A stretch of DNA of 64,000 bases from the NCBI RefSeq assembly GCF_009914755.1, contig NC_060944.1. The stretch is one strand, 5' to 3'. The position numbers and the translations under genes are program-made. This document shows positions 1 to 14,658 of this stretch, piece after piece. Within the stretch, counting starts at the first letter, position 1; every line of letters begins with the position of its first letter. The DNA comes from the human T2T-CHM13v2.0 reference genome, Homo sapiens. The notes under the pieces are model-generated. The model was not told the DNA's origin, did no database searches, and saw only the letters and a program-made list of their open reading frames with translations.

Positions 1-584
1 TCAGGGTAAAGAGCACATCCCTGGGGAACTTTTTTATACCCAGGTACAGTCACCATGGGGAGTGACGGCTGGGACGTGGGGGACCACGGAGTCGCCAGCC
101 AAGTCGGGAAGGGCGTTTGGATTTCTCAGGAAGACATCGCGGGCCACCCAGAGAAGGGCAGGACACAGGGCACGAGGACATGAGGAAGGAGGCTCATGCC
201 CACCAAGCGCAGGGCCCGGCTGAGACCAGTGAGGGCAGATGGGAGCCTGAGCAGGTACAGGGTCAGGAGTTACGAAGATAGTGGTCAGGTTCCTAGAGCT
301 CAGGCATTCAGCTGGGGCGTGGTGGGGAAGTCCACTGGGGCAGCTGGAGGCACAAGAGAGAAGGGCTGGATGTCCCTGAGGCCAGCATCTGAATGAGAGC
401 AGAGCTCGTGGAGAGCACAGCAAAGTTAAACGAAAGCCTACCAAGGTAGGAGCGAAAGGTATTAGGCAAGAGAAGACAACATAAGAAGTAAAAGTGATAA
501 GTTCACTGATTTATACACTAACTCACACTAAGGATAGGAACTGTGCAGTGTTGATCCACGCCTAGAGGTGGAAGTTATCTAAGG

Positions 585-1114
585 CAGCAGTCCCCAACTT
601 TTTGGGCACCAGGAACCGGTTTCATGAAAGACATTTTTCCACTGACCAGGTGCAGGGGCTTGTGGGGGGGTGGCTTCGGGATGATTCAAGTGCAGTACAT
701 TTATTGTGTACTTTATTTCTATTATTACTACATTGCAATATATAATGAAATAATTATACAGCTTACCTTAATGTGGAATCAATGGGAGCCCTGAGCTTGT
801 TTTCCTGCAAGTAGATGGTCCCATCTGGGGGTGAGAGGAGACAGTGGCAGATATCAGGGATTAGATTTTAATAAGGAGTGCACAACCTAGATCCCTCACA
901 TGCACCATTCACAATAGGATTCACACTTCTATGAGAACCTAATGCCACCACTGATCTGACAGGAGGCGGAGCTCTGGTGGTAAAGCAAGCAATGGGGAGC
1001 AGCTGTAAATACAGATGAAGCTTCACTTACTTGCCCACTGCTCACCTCCTGCTGTGCAGCCTGGCTCTTAACAGGCCACAGACCACTCCATGGCCCAAGG
1101 ATCGGGGACCCATG
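585..1114. mobile_element. MER1A (hAT-Charlie) DNA transposon
   Basis: Terminal inverted repeats cagcagtcccc/ggggacccatg; 8-bp TSD atctaagg/atctaacc. Confidence 0.85.
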
Positions 1115-1679
1115 ATCTAACCCAATAACTCTCACATGCTGCAACCCTGGCCACAAGGAAGGTGACAGGACTTAGGGCTAGGGGAATAACTTCAGCAGAG
1201 GAAGTGGCTCCTCAGCTAGGTTGAAAACATGCAGGGATTTCTAGCAGGCCTGAACCTGGAGGTGCAGGATGATGCTGCAGAGAGGGAGATGCTTATCTCA
1301 TCATGCAGGGAGTGAATGCTAGTGACCGGTTGAGGCAGTTTGAGCAGGACTTTTTACCTGGTGGAAGGCAAAGGAATCCAGTGTCTTCAGACCCCTCAGG
1401 CAGGAGGGGGTCCAAGGGAACATACACCAACCACAGCCCCCTTTCCACCATGGCCTGCAAGAGGAGAGGTCACGTGGACCTCTTGCTCTTGGCAGAAACT
1501 TCTCTCTACTTCCTTGATCATGAAAGTTTTGTTGCAAAGTCAACAAGACTAAAGCATGTGCTTGTGACTTGGTTGTTCCACATTCTAAAACAAGATTCTC
1601 AACTTCTTGACATGGAATCAAGTTTATTGACAAAACGCATTACACAGACCTCCTTTTGAAGAGCCATGGTTCTTCACGG

Positions 1680-2290
1680 TTTCCTATTGTTGTATAACAT
1701 ATTACCACAAACTTAGCTGCTTAAAACAACCCACACTTATTATCTCATAGGTTCTGTGGGTCAGGAGTCTAGGCATGGCTTAGCAGAGTCCTCTGCTTAA
1801 GGTTTGACCAGGCTGCAATCAAGGTGCTGGCTGGGGCTGTGATCCCATTTGAGCTCGAGATTCTTTTCCAGGCTCACTGGTTGTTGGTGGAATTCAGTTC
1901 CTGGCAGTTATAGAATGGAGGCCTCCAACTCCTAGAGGCTGCATGGCAGTTGCTGCAACGTAGTCCTCTACACTCATGGCAGTTTACTTCTTCAAGATGA
2001 ACAGAAGATAATCTCAGCATTTTGAGTCTCCAATCCTTAGATGCCCCTTTAAAGGGCTCACCTGATTAGGTCAGGCCCACCCAAGATAATCTCCCTTTTG
2101 ATTAACTTAAAGTACATTGATTATGGACTCGCTTTATGCCCCAAATCCCTTCTCTTTTGCCATATAACATAACCTACTCACAGGTATGACATCTCATATT
2201 CACAGGCCCCTCATGGAAAAGAAGGAATGGGAGGAGGGATATGTATGAGTGTGACTCATTGAGAGGCATCTTCGAATTCTGCCAACCACA
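1680..2290 (-). mobile_element. MaLR LTR (MLT1E-like)
   Basis: Typical MLT1 'taccacaaacttag..ttaaaacaac..ttattatctcataggttctgtgggtcagga' motif. Confidence 0.7.
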
Positions 2291-2782
2291 TCTGGGCTTT
2301 ACCACTTTGTATACCCAGTTTGAAGGAAAAATAAGAGAGGGCACATATGGTTGGAACAGCAAAGAAAAAACAAGAAATTAAAGCAGCTTTTCAAAAGAGG
2401 GGTGTGGTGCCTGGGGTGAGGTGCCAGAAGGGCTAGGATGAGGAAAATAGGAAACCTCATGTGAAGCTTCGTTTCTCTGTGCATGTCCATAGAGCCTTGG
2501 CCGATATTCTCAGATCTCATCTAATTCCTACTCCACTCTCTCTGCCATGTGTGAAGTATGAAAGTGCTGGGAGAGACACAGACTTATACATTTTACTGTT
2601 ATGTGCTTTTTATATTTTTATATTTATCTACATAATAACTTTCCGTTTCAGGTAGTGGACTATGAAAAAGTAAAAACCACGTTTTCTGAAGCTTATTGAT
2701 AATTACCATGGAATGCAAACCCTTTATTCTCTAGATAATCTACTAATTGACTCCAATTTATTCATTCTATTTATTTACTCAC

Positions 2783-3300
2783 TGTGGTAGCCAGCTTCCA
2801 AAATGGCTCCCAGTGATCCTTACTTCCTGGCATGTGTGCCCTCACGTGGTTGCCTCTCAGCTGAATAGATATGACCACAATGGGATATGGTGGAAATGAT
2901 GGTTGATGATTTCCAAGGTAAAGTGATAAAACACAAGAGGCTTCTGTCTTGCTGTCTCTGGGATGGCTCACTTGAGGGGAAGCAGGCCGCCATGTTGTGA
3001 TGCCACTCAAGCCGCCCATGCAGAGGTCAACACTGGGAGGGACTGAGCCCTCCTGACAGTAACCAGCACCACGTGAGCAAGTCCTCTTGGAAACATATCT
3101 TCTGGCCTTGGCCAAGCTTTCAGATGACCAAAGCCCTTGCCAACATCTTGACTAAAACTTATGAAAGACTCCAAACCAGAACAACTCAATTCAGCAGCTT
3201 CTGAATTTCTCATCCACAGAAACTGAGATACTGATTTTTTATAATTTAGGCAACTAAATTTTAGAGTAATTTGTTAGGCAGCAATAAATGCTTAAATATA
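2783..3300 (+). mobile_element. MaLR LTR (MLT1F-like)
   Basis: Starts tgtggtagccagcttccaaaatggctccc; ends with taatttgttaggcagcaataaa. Confidence 0.7.
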
Positions 3301-3819
3301 TACTGACCTTCTATTGTTTGCCCGGCCTGGGTCTGGATAGAGAAAGAACAGAGATAGCAACTTCCCTGCTGGTATAGCGTCTCTGAAGTGGAGTGTCTTT
3401 GGGTGAGCTGTGGAGGCTGTGGTGGAAATGTCAGCTGGAGCAGTAAGAGAAGAGTCTAGATGTTCTGAGTGTATAGGGCTGCTGGGGTAAGAGGGTGGCA
3501 TCAAACCAGCTCCCCCCCACCCACTAAATCTAATACAATTTTATTTTTAAAAAAGTCCACTCTATTCAAACGTTAGAGCAGGAGGTGTTCAGAGGCAAAC
3601 AGACATTTTTAGAAATTATGTGTCTCATACTCCATGAGACTAACACGTCACCTCCCTCATCAAAGCAGCCTAGGGGAAGAATGTGAAAGGTCAAATTCTA
3701 AAAATCTCTAATACTTCCCCAAATTTGAAGGGAAAACAACTGAGGGAGGGAATACACTTACTAAAACAAAATACATGAATGTCCCTCTAATGGTGACTCC
3801 TCCCTAACAACTACATACC

Positions 3820-4281
3820 GGCAAAGCAAACCAAAGCTGGACAGTAGTTAAAGCGGTAAAAACAGATTTTCTTCAGGACTGCAACAGGGAAAGAGAGATC
3901 ACACTGTAGAACTGGACTCAATTCTGAACACAGTGAGGATAAGTGGGAATAAGCCAGGAGCAGGGTGGAGGTCAGTGGATGGGAAATTACTAAGAAGACA
4001 TCAGAGGAAAGGGGCCTCCTGGTTAAACAGATTCAACAGGATTCTTGCTGAAGGCAGGCCAGGATAATCACATATTACTTGGGGGATGCTGGAGGATGAG
4101 GAATTTGATTGGATATTGAGAGTGATCAGGTATGAGGGGTGGGGAATATCTCTCTAAACTGACTTAGCAAGATTCTCACTAAAACTCAGCAATGCAGGCC
4201 CAAGAAGGACGAAAGCCAAGGTTGAGGCCTAGAGGGCTTAGATGAGCCTAACTAAAGTTTAGTCAAGGAGAGTCTTTGGCA
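3820..4281 (-). mobile_element. ERV1 solo LTR (MER31-like)
   Basis: Minus strand begins TGCCAAAGACTCTCCTTGACTAAACTTTAG, resembling the MER31 5' end. Confidence 0.7.
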
Positions 4282-4854
4282 TTACTCAGAAAAGGAAAGA
4301 ATAAGTGCCCAGATTTCATCAGTTTCTTTTTTCATGCTTTGAGAAAAAGGGAAAGAACATTTGAGGATGGAACTAGCAAGAAGAAATAATTAAAACACCA
4401 CAACAGCTGGCAGTGGGATTGTGGATCAAGCTTGAGTGTGGATCAAGCTTGATTTATATAAAATCAAGTTCAAGAATGCCTCTCCCTGCTGGAGATTTAA
4501 TCATGTTTGGGAAAGGTTTCCCCAAATCCCAAATTTCCCCTTTTTCTCTTCTCTGTTTGATGGGGTTGCAGGGAGGAAGTTTCTGCTGAGGAGAGGCAAG
4601 ATACAGGGGAGAAAGTGGAGGTTGAGGGTGGAGAGGAAAAAAATTGTTAGTATTGTTTGGATCAGTAGTAAAATTTCTGAGGCTCTCACTACATTGGGAA
4701 GGAATAATTTAAAAACTGAGCCATTTATCACCGCCCATTAAATCAGGGGCCTGGGAACTGACACTCATAAAAATTAAAATAAATAAATATTGAATTAATG
4801 TCTGCTAAACTTTTTTTTAATCAAGGTAATTAATGAATGAACTAATACCTCTCT

Positions 4855-6225
4855 ACTTCTGAATAATTTCCTTGATTTCAATTTCATTTAGTTCTGCTCT
4901 GATCTTTGTTATTTTGTTTCTTCTGCTAGCTTTGGGATTGCTTTCTTCTTGCTCTTTTTAGTTCCTTGAGATGTGACACTAGGTTGTTAATTCGTGATTT
5001 TTTTTTTTTTTAGAGACAGGGTCTTGCTATGTTGCCCAGGCTGATCTGAAACTCCTGGGCTCAAGCAATCCTCCTGCCTTGGTCTCCCAAAGTGCTGGGA
5101 TTACAGAGTGAACTATTTTTTTGAAGTAGGCATTTAATGCTATAAATTTTCCTCTTAGCACTGCTTTTGCTGTATTCCAGAGGTTTTACTATGTTGTGTC
5201 TCCATTTTCATTTGTTTCAAAACATTTTAAAATTTCCATCTTAATTTAATTATTAATTCAAAGATCATTTAGAAATGTGTTGTTTAATTTTCAGGTATTT
5301 GTGTAGTTTCACAAGTTCCTCTTGGTATTGATTTCCAGTTTTATTCTGCTATGGTCTGAGAAGATACTTGATACAATTTCAATTTTTTAAACTATACTTT
5401 AAGTTCTGGGATACATGTGCAGAACATGCAGGTTTGCTACATAGGCATACATGTGCCGTGGTGGTTTGCTGCACCCATCAACCCATCATCTACATTAGGT
5501 ATTTCTTTTTTAAAAATGTATTGAGACTTGTTTGATGAACTAACACATGGTCTGTCTTGGAGCATGTACCATGTGCCGATGAGAAGAATTTATGTTCTGC
5601 AGTTGTTAGGTAGAAGGTTCTGTAAATGTTTATTAGGTCCATTTAAAGTCCAACTTAAGTCCAGTGTTTCTTTGTTAATTTTCTGTTTTGATAATCTGTC
5701 TAGTGTTGTGAGTGGGGTATTGAAATCCCCTCCCCACAGCTTATGATTTATTGCTGTCTATCTCTTTCTTTAGGTCTAGTAATATTTGTTTTATGATTCT
5801 GGGTGCTCCAGTGTTAGATGCATATATATTTAGGATTGTTATCCACTTGTTGAAGTGATCCTTTTATCATTATGTAAGACCTTGTCTTTTTTTATTCTGT
5901 TTTTTATTTAAAGTCCATTTCATCTGACACAAGTATAGCTACTTCTGCTCACCTCTGATTTCCATTTGCTTGGAATATTTTTTCCATCTCTTTACCTTCA
6001 GTTTATAAGCATCTTTATCAGTATGGTTAATTTCTTGTAAGCAGCATATAGTTGGTGCAGGCTTTTCTTATCTATTTTACCCATCTGTATCTTTTAAGTG
6101 GAGCACTTGGCCCATTTATATTCAACATTAATATTGATATGTGAGGTTTCATTCCTGACATAATGTTAATTGTTATCTAGTATTTTTTGTGGGTTTTTTT
6201 TTCTTAATCTGCTTGTCTTTGTGGT
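4855..6225 (-). mobile_element. L1 (L1MA/L1PB-age) ORF2 endonuclease-region fragment; interrupted by a FLAM/Alu monomer (about 4998-5112) and an L1PA 3' stub (about 5385-5510)
   Basis: Minus strand reads degenerate ORF2 N-terminal sequence. Confidence 0.8.
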
Positions 6226-7013
6226 CTAGAACCAAAAACGAGCCTGAATTCAAAGCAAACCTAAGCAAAAAGAACAAAGCTAGAAGCATCACATTACCTG
6301 AGTTATACTACAAGGCTACACTAACCAAAGCAGCATGGTCTGGTATAAAAATAAATGTACAGATGAATGGAATAGAATAGGAGCCCAGAAATAAAGCCAC
6401 ATATCTAAAGCCAGCTGATCTTTGACAAAGTTGACAAAAACATACGCTGGGGGGAAAGACACCCTTTTCAATAAATGTGGCTGGGAAAACTGGATTGTCA
6501 CATGCAGAAGAATGAAACTAGACTCCCTAATACCCACCATATACAAAAATAAATTCAAGCCTATAGTCCCAGCTAATCAGGAGTCTGAGGCAGGAGGTTG
6601 AGATGGCAGTGAGCCATGATCCTGCCACTGTACTCCAGCTTGAGTGACAGAGCAAGACCCTGCCTCAAAAATTAAAAAAAAAAAAACTCAAGATGGATTA
6701 AAGACCTAAATATAAAAGCAGAAACTGAAAAAATTATAAGAATTCCTAGGGAAAACTTTTCTGGTCAAAGCAAAGAATTCCTGACTAAGACATCAAAAGC
6801 ACAGGAAACAAAAACAAAAATTGACAAATGAAACTTAATTAAACTAAGAAGTTTTTGCACAGCAAAAGAAATAATCAACAGAGTGAACAATCTGCAGAAC
6901 AAGAGAAAATATTTGCACACTATACATCCAATAGGAGAGTAATATCCAGAATTTACAAGAGGTTCAAACAACTCAACAAAAACCTCTCAACTCTATTAAA
7001 AAGTGGGCAAAGA

Positions 7014-7439
7014 TTTTGCCACATTTTCTTAATCCAGTCTATCATTGTTGGACATTTGGGTTGGTTCCAAGTTTTTGCTATTGTTTTGGAATACTATGCA
7101 GCCATAAAAAATGATGAGTTCATGTCCTTTGTAGGGACATGGATGAAGCTGGAAACCATCATTCTCAGCAAACTATTGCAAGGACAAAAAACCAAACACC
7201 GCATGTTCTCACTCATAGATGGGAATTGAACAATGAGAACACATGGACACAGGAAGGGGAACATCACACACTGGGGCCTGTTGTGGGGGGGGGGCGGGGG
7301 GAGGGATAGCATTAGGAGATATACCTAATGTTAAATGATGAGTTAATGGGTGCAGCACACCAACATGGCACATGTATACATATGTACTAACCTGCATGTT
7401 GTGCACATGTACCCTAAAACTTAAAGTATAATAAAAAAA
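7014..7439 (+). mobile_element. Short L1PA (L1PA4/5-like) 3' end with 5' inversion
   Basis: 7017-7084 inverted, 7087-7439 forward; young L1PA 3'UTR ending aaagtataataaaaaaa. Confidence 0.88.
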
Positions 7440-7444
7440 GTGTC

Positions 7445-7735
7445 AACTATGACAATATCATACACTAATTTGACTGCCCTAAAAATCTCCTGTAATCCAC
7501 ATATTCTTCCCTTTCTTCTTCCCCCGAACCCCTGTTAATCACTGATCTTTTAATTGTCCCTATAGTTTTGCCTTTTCCAAAATGTCCTATAGTTGTAATT
7601 ATACAGTATGTAACCATTTCGGATAGGCTTCTTTGATTTAGCAATATATATTTAAGGTTCCCCCATATCTTAAAAAAAAAAGCAGTGTTATTGAGGTAGA
7701 ATTGGCATAAAATAAAGTACACATGTGTCAAATAT
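7445..7735 (-). mobile_element. L1MC-like 3'UTR fragment plus an old L1M 3' stub (candidate transduced sequence)
   Basis: Minus strand matches my recall of the L1MC1-like 3'UTR (ggaaaaggcaaaactataggg..aaaaagatcagtg..ggcagtcaaa). Confidence 0.65.
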
Positions 7736-8197
7736 TTTTTAAAAAAGCAGGCAAAGACTATGAATAGGCATTTTTTCAAAAGAAGACATCCAAATAGCCA
7801 AAAAGTATATGGACAAATGCTCAAGATCACTAATCATCAAATTAAAACCATAATAAGATATCACCTTATACCAGTTAGAATGGCTATCAGTTAAAGTCAA
7901 ACAATAACCAATGTTGGCAAGGATGCAGAGAAAAAGGGACGCTTAGACATTGTTGGTGGGAACATAAATTAGTACAACCTCTATGGAAAATAGTATGGAG
8001 ATTTCTCAAATAACTAAAAATACAGCTATCACTTGATCCTGTGATCACAATACTGGGTATCTACCCAAAAGAAAATAAATCATTGTATCAAAAAGACACC
8101 AGAACTCATATGCTTATCATAGCACTATTCACAATTGCAAAGATATGGAATCAATCTAAGTGTTCTTCAATGGATAACTGGATAAGGAAAATGTGAG

Positions 8198-8199
<2 letters not shown>

Positions 8200-8228
<29 letters not shown>
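8200..8228 (+). repeat. (CA)n microsatellite
   Basis: About 14 CA units. Confidence 0.95.
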
Positions 8229-8230
<2 letters not shown>

Positions 8231-8594
8231 GGAATAGTCTTCAGCCATAAAAAAAGAATGAAATCACGTTTTCTTCAACATGGATGGAACGGGAGGCCAT
8301 TATCTTAAGTGAAACAACTCAGACACAGAAAGTCAAATACCTCATGTTCTCACTTCTAAGTGGACACTAAATAATGTGTACATGTGGACATAGAGAGTGG
8401 AATAATAGACACTGGAGACTTAGTAGGGTGGGAGGATGGGAGAGGAATGAGGGATGAGAACTTACTTAGTGGGTGTAATGTACATATCTGGGTGATGGTT
8501 ACACTAAAAATCCAGACTTCATTGCTACGCGATATAACCATGTAACAAGACTGCACTTGTATCCCTTAAATTTACACAAAAAAATAAAAATTTC

Positions 8595-9290
<696 letters not shown>

Positions 9291-9524
9291 GTATTTACCA
9301 GAATTTTTGAATAACATTCTACTAAAGTAACTTTAGAAATATTTATAATACAATTTAAGAGTTAGTTAAAAGATGCCCGTTATTTCTATTTAGTGATGTA
9401 CTAGAAGCTGTAGTGCTTCCAGGATTACAGATAAGTGAGAGGCATGATATTAAAATGGACAAGAGTCAACATGTATGTATTTTTTTTCATTTTTTCAGAC
9501 GATTTATGAACAAAGTTAAAGCAG

Positions 9525-10160
9525 TGTCCCAGCCTAACCAGTAGTCTCACAAAGTCAGGTTTATTTGATTCATTGCAACAAGGAGTCCATTCACAGGAAA
9601 AACAAAGGAAAAGATTTAGTAATTCTAGGACTCTCAAGAAGGATGAAATTTAGTCAAAATTGAAACACACAGGTTTTTGATAGGCTCAGAATAAAGCAGA
9701 GCTATGTGTAAAAGGTCATCACCACATTTGGACTGGAAAATGGGCCCAGGGTTTTATGTTCTTGGAAACTACAAAGTTAAAAGAGATGTAAAAAGTTGTG
9801 TCTGTAAACCTCTGTGCTGAAGCTCTGCACCAGGGTTGGAAATTGAGGCTGCTTCTCTGTGTCAAAGTGACTTCGATCCCCCAGGCAAGAGTGGGATGTT
9901 TCATTCATACTGATTTAATTTCAAATAGCAAAGCTCCTGGCAGTCTATAATTTTTGAGAACAAAATTCCTCCATAGTAAGAAACCAGTAGTCACTCAAAG
10001 AGAGGGTTGTTAATGGCATTTCACAGCTGTGGCTTGTTCACAGAAGACAAGTCGTCTGCTCTAAATTTGCAGCTGGCTTTATCTGTGTCTGTTATCCCAG
10101 CTTGACGAAAGTCCAGACTGATTTTTACTTTCTCAGCCTGAATTAATTTTTACTTTCTCA
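9525..10160 (-). mobile_element. Probable ERV1 solo LTR (MER90-like)
   Basis: Minus strand starts TGAGAAAGTAAAAAT and has AATAAA near its 3' end; family assigned from recall. Confidence 0.5.
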
Positions 10161-10232
10161 GTAATTATAAAACTTCAGAAAATTGTTAGCACCAAAAAAG
10201 AGTTTTCAGCAAGGAGCCAGGTGAGAAAATAG

Positions 10233-11845
<1,613 letters not shown>

Positions 11846-12153
11846 GAAAACATCACTAAGGGAAATACTATTTAAAACAACAAAAATATTAAGTGCCTAA
11901 AAGTTAACTGAACAAAAAAACACATAGTGTTTACAGGAAGAAAATTAACATTTTTACTGAGAATATAAAAGAAGTCAAGAATAAATAGAAAGATTACCAT
12001 GGTTTTTGATTAATAAAGTCTCAGTTCTCCCTCAAATATATGTCTAAATTCCATGATATTCCCAATTAAATCTAAAGAAGAATTTTAAGAGTTTTAATAG
12101 ACTAATTCGAGTTTGTGGAGAGGAGAAAATCTATGAATAGTAAATAATTTTTT

Positions 12154-13424
12154 TTTCTCTTTTCAATTTCTTTCTTTTTTTTTTTTTTTTTTTTTTTTTA
12201 GTATTTATTGATCATTCTTGGGTGTTTCTCGCGGAGGGGGATTTGGCAGGGTCATAGGACAATAGTGGAGGGAAGGTCAGCAGATAAACAAGTGAACAAG
12301 GGTCTCTGGTTTTCCTAGGCAGAGGACCCTGCGGCCTTCCGCAGTGTTTGTGTCCCTGGGTACTTGAGATTAGGGAGTGGTGATGACTCTTAATGAGCAT
12401 GCTGCCTTCAGAGCATCTGTTTAACAAAGCACATCTTGCACCGCCCTTAATCCATTTAACCCTGAGTGGACACAGCACATGTTTCAGAGAGCAAGGGGTT
12501 GGGGGTAGGGTTGTAGATTAACAGCATCCCAAGGCAGAAGAATTTTTCTTAGTACAGAACAAAATGGAATTTCCTATGTCTACTTCTTTCTACATAGACA
12601 CAGCAACAATCTGATTTCTCTATCTTTTCCCCACATTTCCCCCTTTTCTATTCGACAAAACCGCCATCGTCATCATGGCCCGTCCTCAATGAGCTGTTGG
12701 GTACACCTCCCACACGGGGTGGTGGCCCGGCAGAGGGGCTCCTCACTTCCCAGAAGGGGCGGCCGGGCAGAGGCGCCCCCCACCTCCCGGACGGGGCGGC
12801 TGGCCCGGCGGGGGCTGCCCCCCACCTCCCTCCCGGACGGGGCAGCTGCCGGGCAGAGACGCTCCTCACCTCCCAGACGGGGTCGCGGCCGGGCAGAGGT
12901 GCTCCTCACTTCCCAGACTGGGCAGCCAGGCAGAGGGGCTCCTCACATCCCAGACTATGGGCGGCAAGGCAGAGACGCTCCTCACTTCCCAGACGGGGTG
13001 GCGGCCGGGCAGAGGATGCAATCTCGGCACTTTGGGAGGTCAAGGCAGGCGGCTGGGAGGTGGAGGTTGTAGCGAGCCGAGATCACGCCACTGCACTCCA
13101 GCCTGGGCAACATTGAGCACTGAGTGAACGAGACTCCGTCTGCAATCCCGGCACCTCGGGAGGCCGAGGCTGGCGGATCACTCGCGGTTAGGAGCTGGAG
13201 ACCAGCCCGGCCAACACAGCGAAACCCCGTCTCCACCAAAAAAATACGAAAACCAGTCAGGCGCAGCGGCGCGCGCCTGCAATCCCAGGCACCCGCAGGC
13301 TGAGGCAGGAGAATCAGGCAGGGAGGTTGCAGTGAGCCGAGATGGCGGCAGTACAGTCCAGCTTCCGCTCGGCATCAGAGGGAGACCGTGGGGAGACGGG
13401 AGACGGGAGGGGGAGGGGGAGAGG
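12154..13424 (-). mobile_element. SVA retrotransposon, compact full-length (hexamer, Alu-like, short VNTR, SINE-R, polyA), probably an older SVA_B/C type
   Basis: Poly-T at 12175-12199; SINE-R about 12200-12720; GC-rich VNTR about 12720-13010; Alu-like about 13020-13380; GGGAGA/GGGGGA repeats to 13424; TSD ATTTTTT at 12147-12153 and 13425-13431; interrupts an old L1. Confidence 0.95.
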
Positions 13425-14529
13425 ATTTTTTGAAGCAGGACAATAGGAGTGACTACTTTAAAGATATTTATAGAGCATTTTGCAATAATCAGGCCAGACC
13501 TTTGTACACAAGAGAATTCAGGGTATGCTAAATAAAGATGGCCTTTCAACTAGTGTGGAGAAGATGAGTGACCCCAAAACTGTATTGGCACAAGGGATGG
13601 TTGCTCACTTGGGAAAAAGTAAACTTCAGTCCGTGTATCCTTTAGAAATATAAATGGAAATAAACTAAAAAGCTAAATAAAGCAGACAAGTATTTACATA
13701 TTAGAAGAAAATATAAGATGAAAATGTTTTGATTTTGGAATAGTGAAGAACTTCAGCAAGTCAAAGACCTCAGAAGTCCTAAAAAATACTAAAATATTTG
13801 ACAAAACAAATCTATAAAGCATTTATTAGACGGTATACAATATACATAAAGAAAAGGCAAGAAGGACAAGACACCTGTATTATCCAGAATATGTAAGGAA
13901 TATGTAAAGAAATCTGACATTATAGCAATGAGAAACTATCCAATAGAAATTATCCCGTGAGAAATTATCCAATAAAAAATGGCAAAGCACATGGATGAGT
14001 GAGTCATGGAAGTACCTACCAACGCTTAATCCAGGAAGAGATAGTCTTAATAAGAAATCAGGAACAGGCAAAAAATAAATAAATAAATAAACTAACTAAT
14101 GGCAATGATGTGTGTTTGATCTGCGAAATTGGGGAGGTGTGGAGAAAGGCATACTTTGGTGGGACTGTCAACTCTTATGAGGGAAATTTTGGCAACATCT
14201 TTCAACACTCAAAATATGCATAGTCTTAAATCCAGTGATTTTACTTTCTTCTGTCTTCACAAAATATTGACACATGACTAGAAATGTTGGTTAGCTCTGT
14301 TAATCTGTTTAAATAATAATGGTGTATGTCTATGTTTTATATTTTTTAAAAAAACACTTAAAAAGAATTTAGTCAATTCACAAATAATGGAAAGGTCCCC
14401 AAGATGTATAAATGAATAAAACCAATTACAGAATAATTACATTGTATTCAAACTTTAAGAAAACTATATATTTTATATGGTGTTAAATTGCAGAGAAAGA
14501 TAAAGGTTTCCAAAGCCTGCACATACGCT

Positions 14530-14658
14530 GTTTTTTATTTTAGAGACGGGGTTTTGACATGTTGTCCAGGCTGGTCTCAAACTCCTGGGCTCATGCAATC
14601 CGCCTGCCTCAGCCTCCCAAAGTGCTAGGATTACAGACGTGAGCCACCGCGCCCGGCC
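14530..14658 (-). mobile_element. FLAM/Alu left monomer
   Basis: Single Alu arm with a degenerate TSD gcacatacgct/gcacatccact. Confidence 0.8.

Larger units (their letters stand above)
6228..8590 (+). mobile_element. L1MA-type ORF2 C-terminus and 3'UTR, with nested insertions (Alu fragment 6559-6686; L1PA unit 7014-7741)
   Basis: ANLSKKNKARSITLP..YYKAT ORF2 motif; L1MA-like 3'UTR ending in an A tract near 8590. Confidence 0.82.

Noticed and set aside
4420-4468. 16-bp tandem duplication plus a small hairpin
   Set aside because: Ordinary slippage-scale event with no further support.
10122-10161. Duplicated tttttactttctcag
   Set aside because: Short duplication at an LTR terminus; nothing suggests function.
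12212-13549. Cluster of 70-140 aa GC-rich ORFs
   Set aside because: All lie in the SVA SINE-R, VNTR or Alu-like domains; typical SVA pseudo-ORFs.
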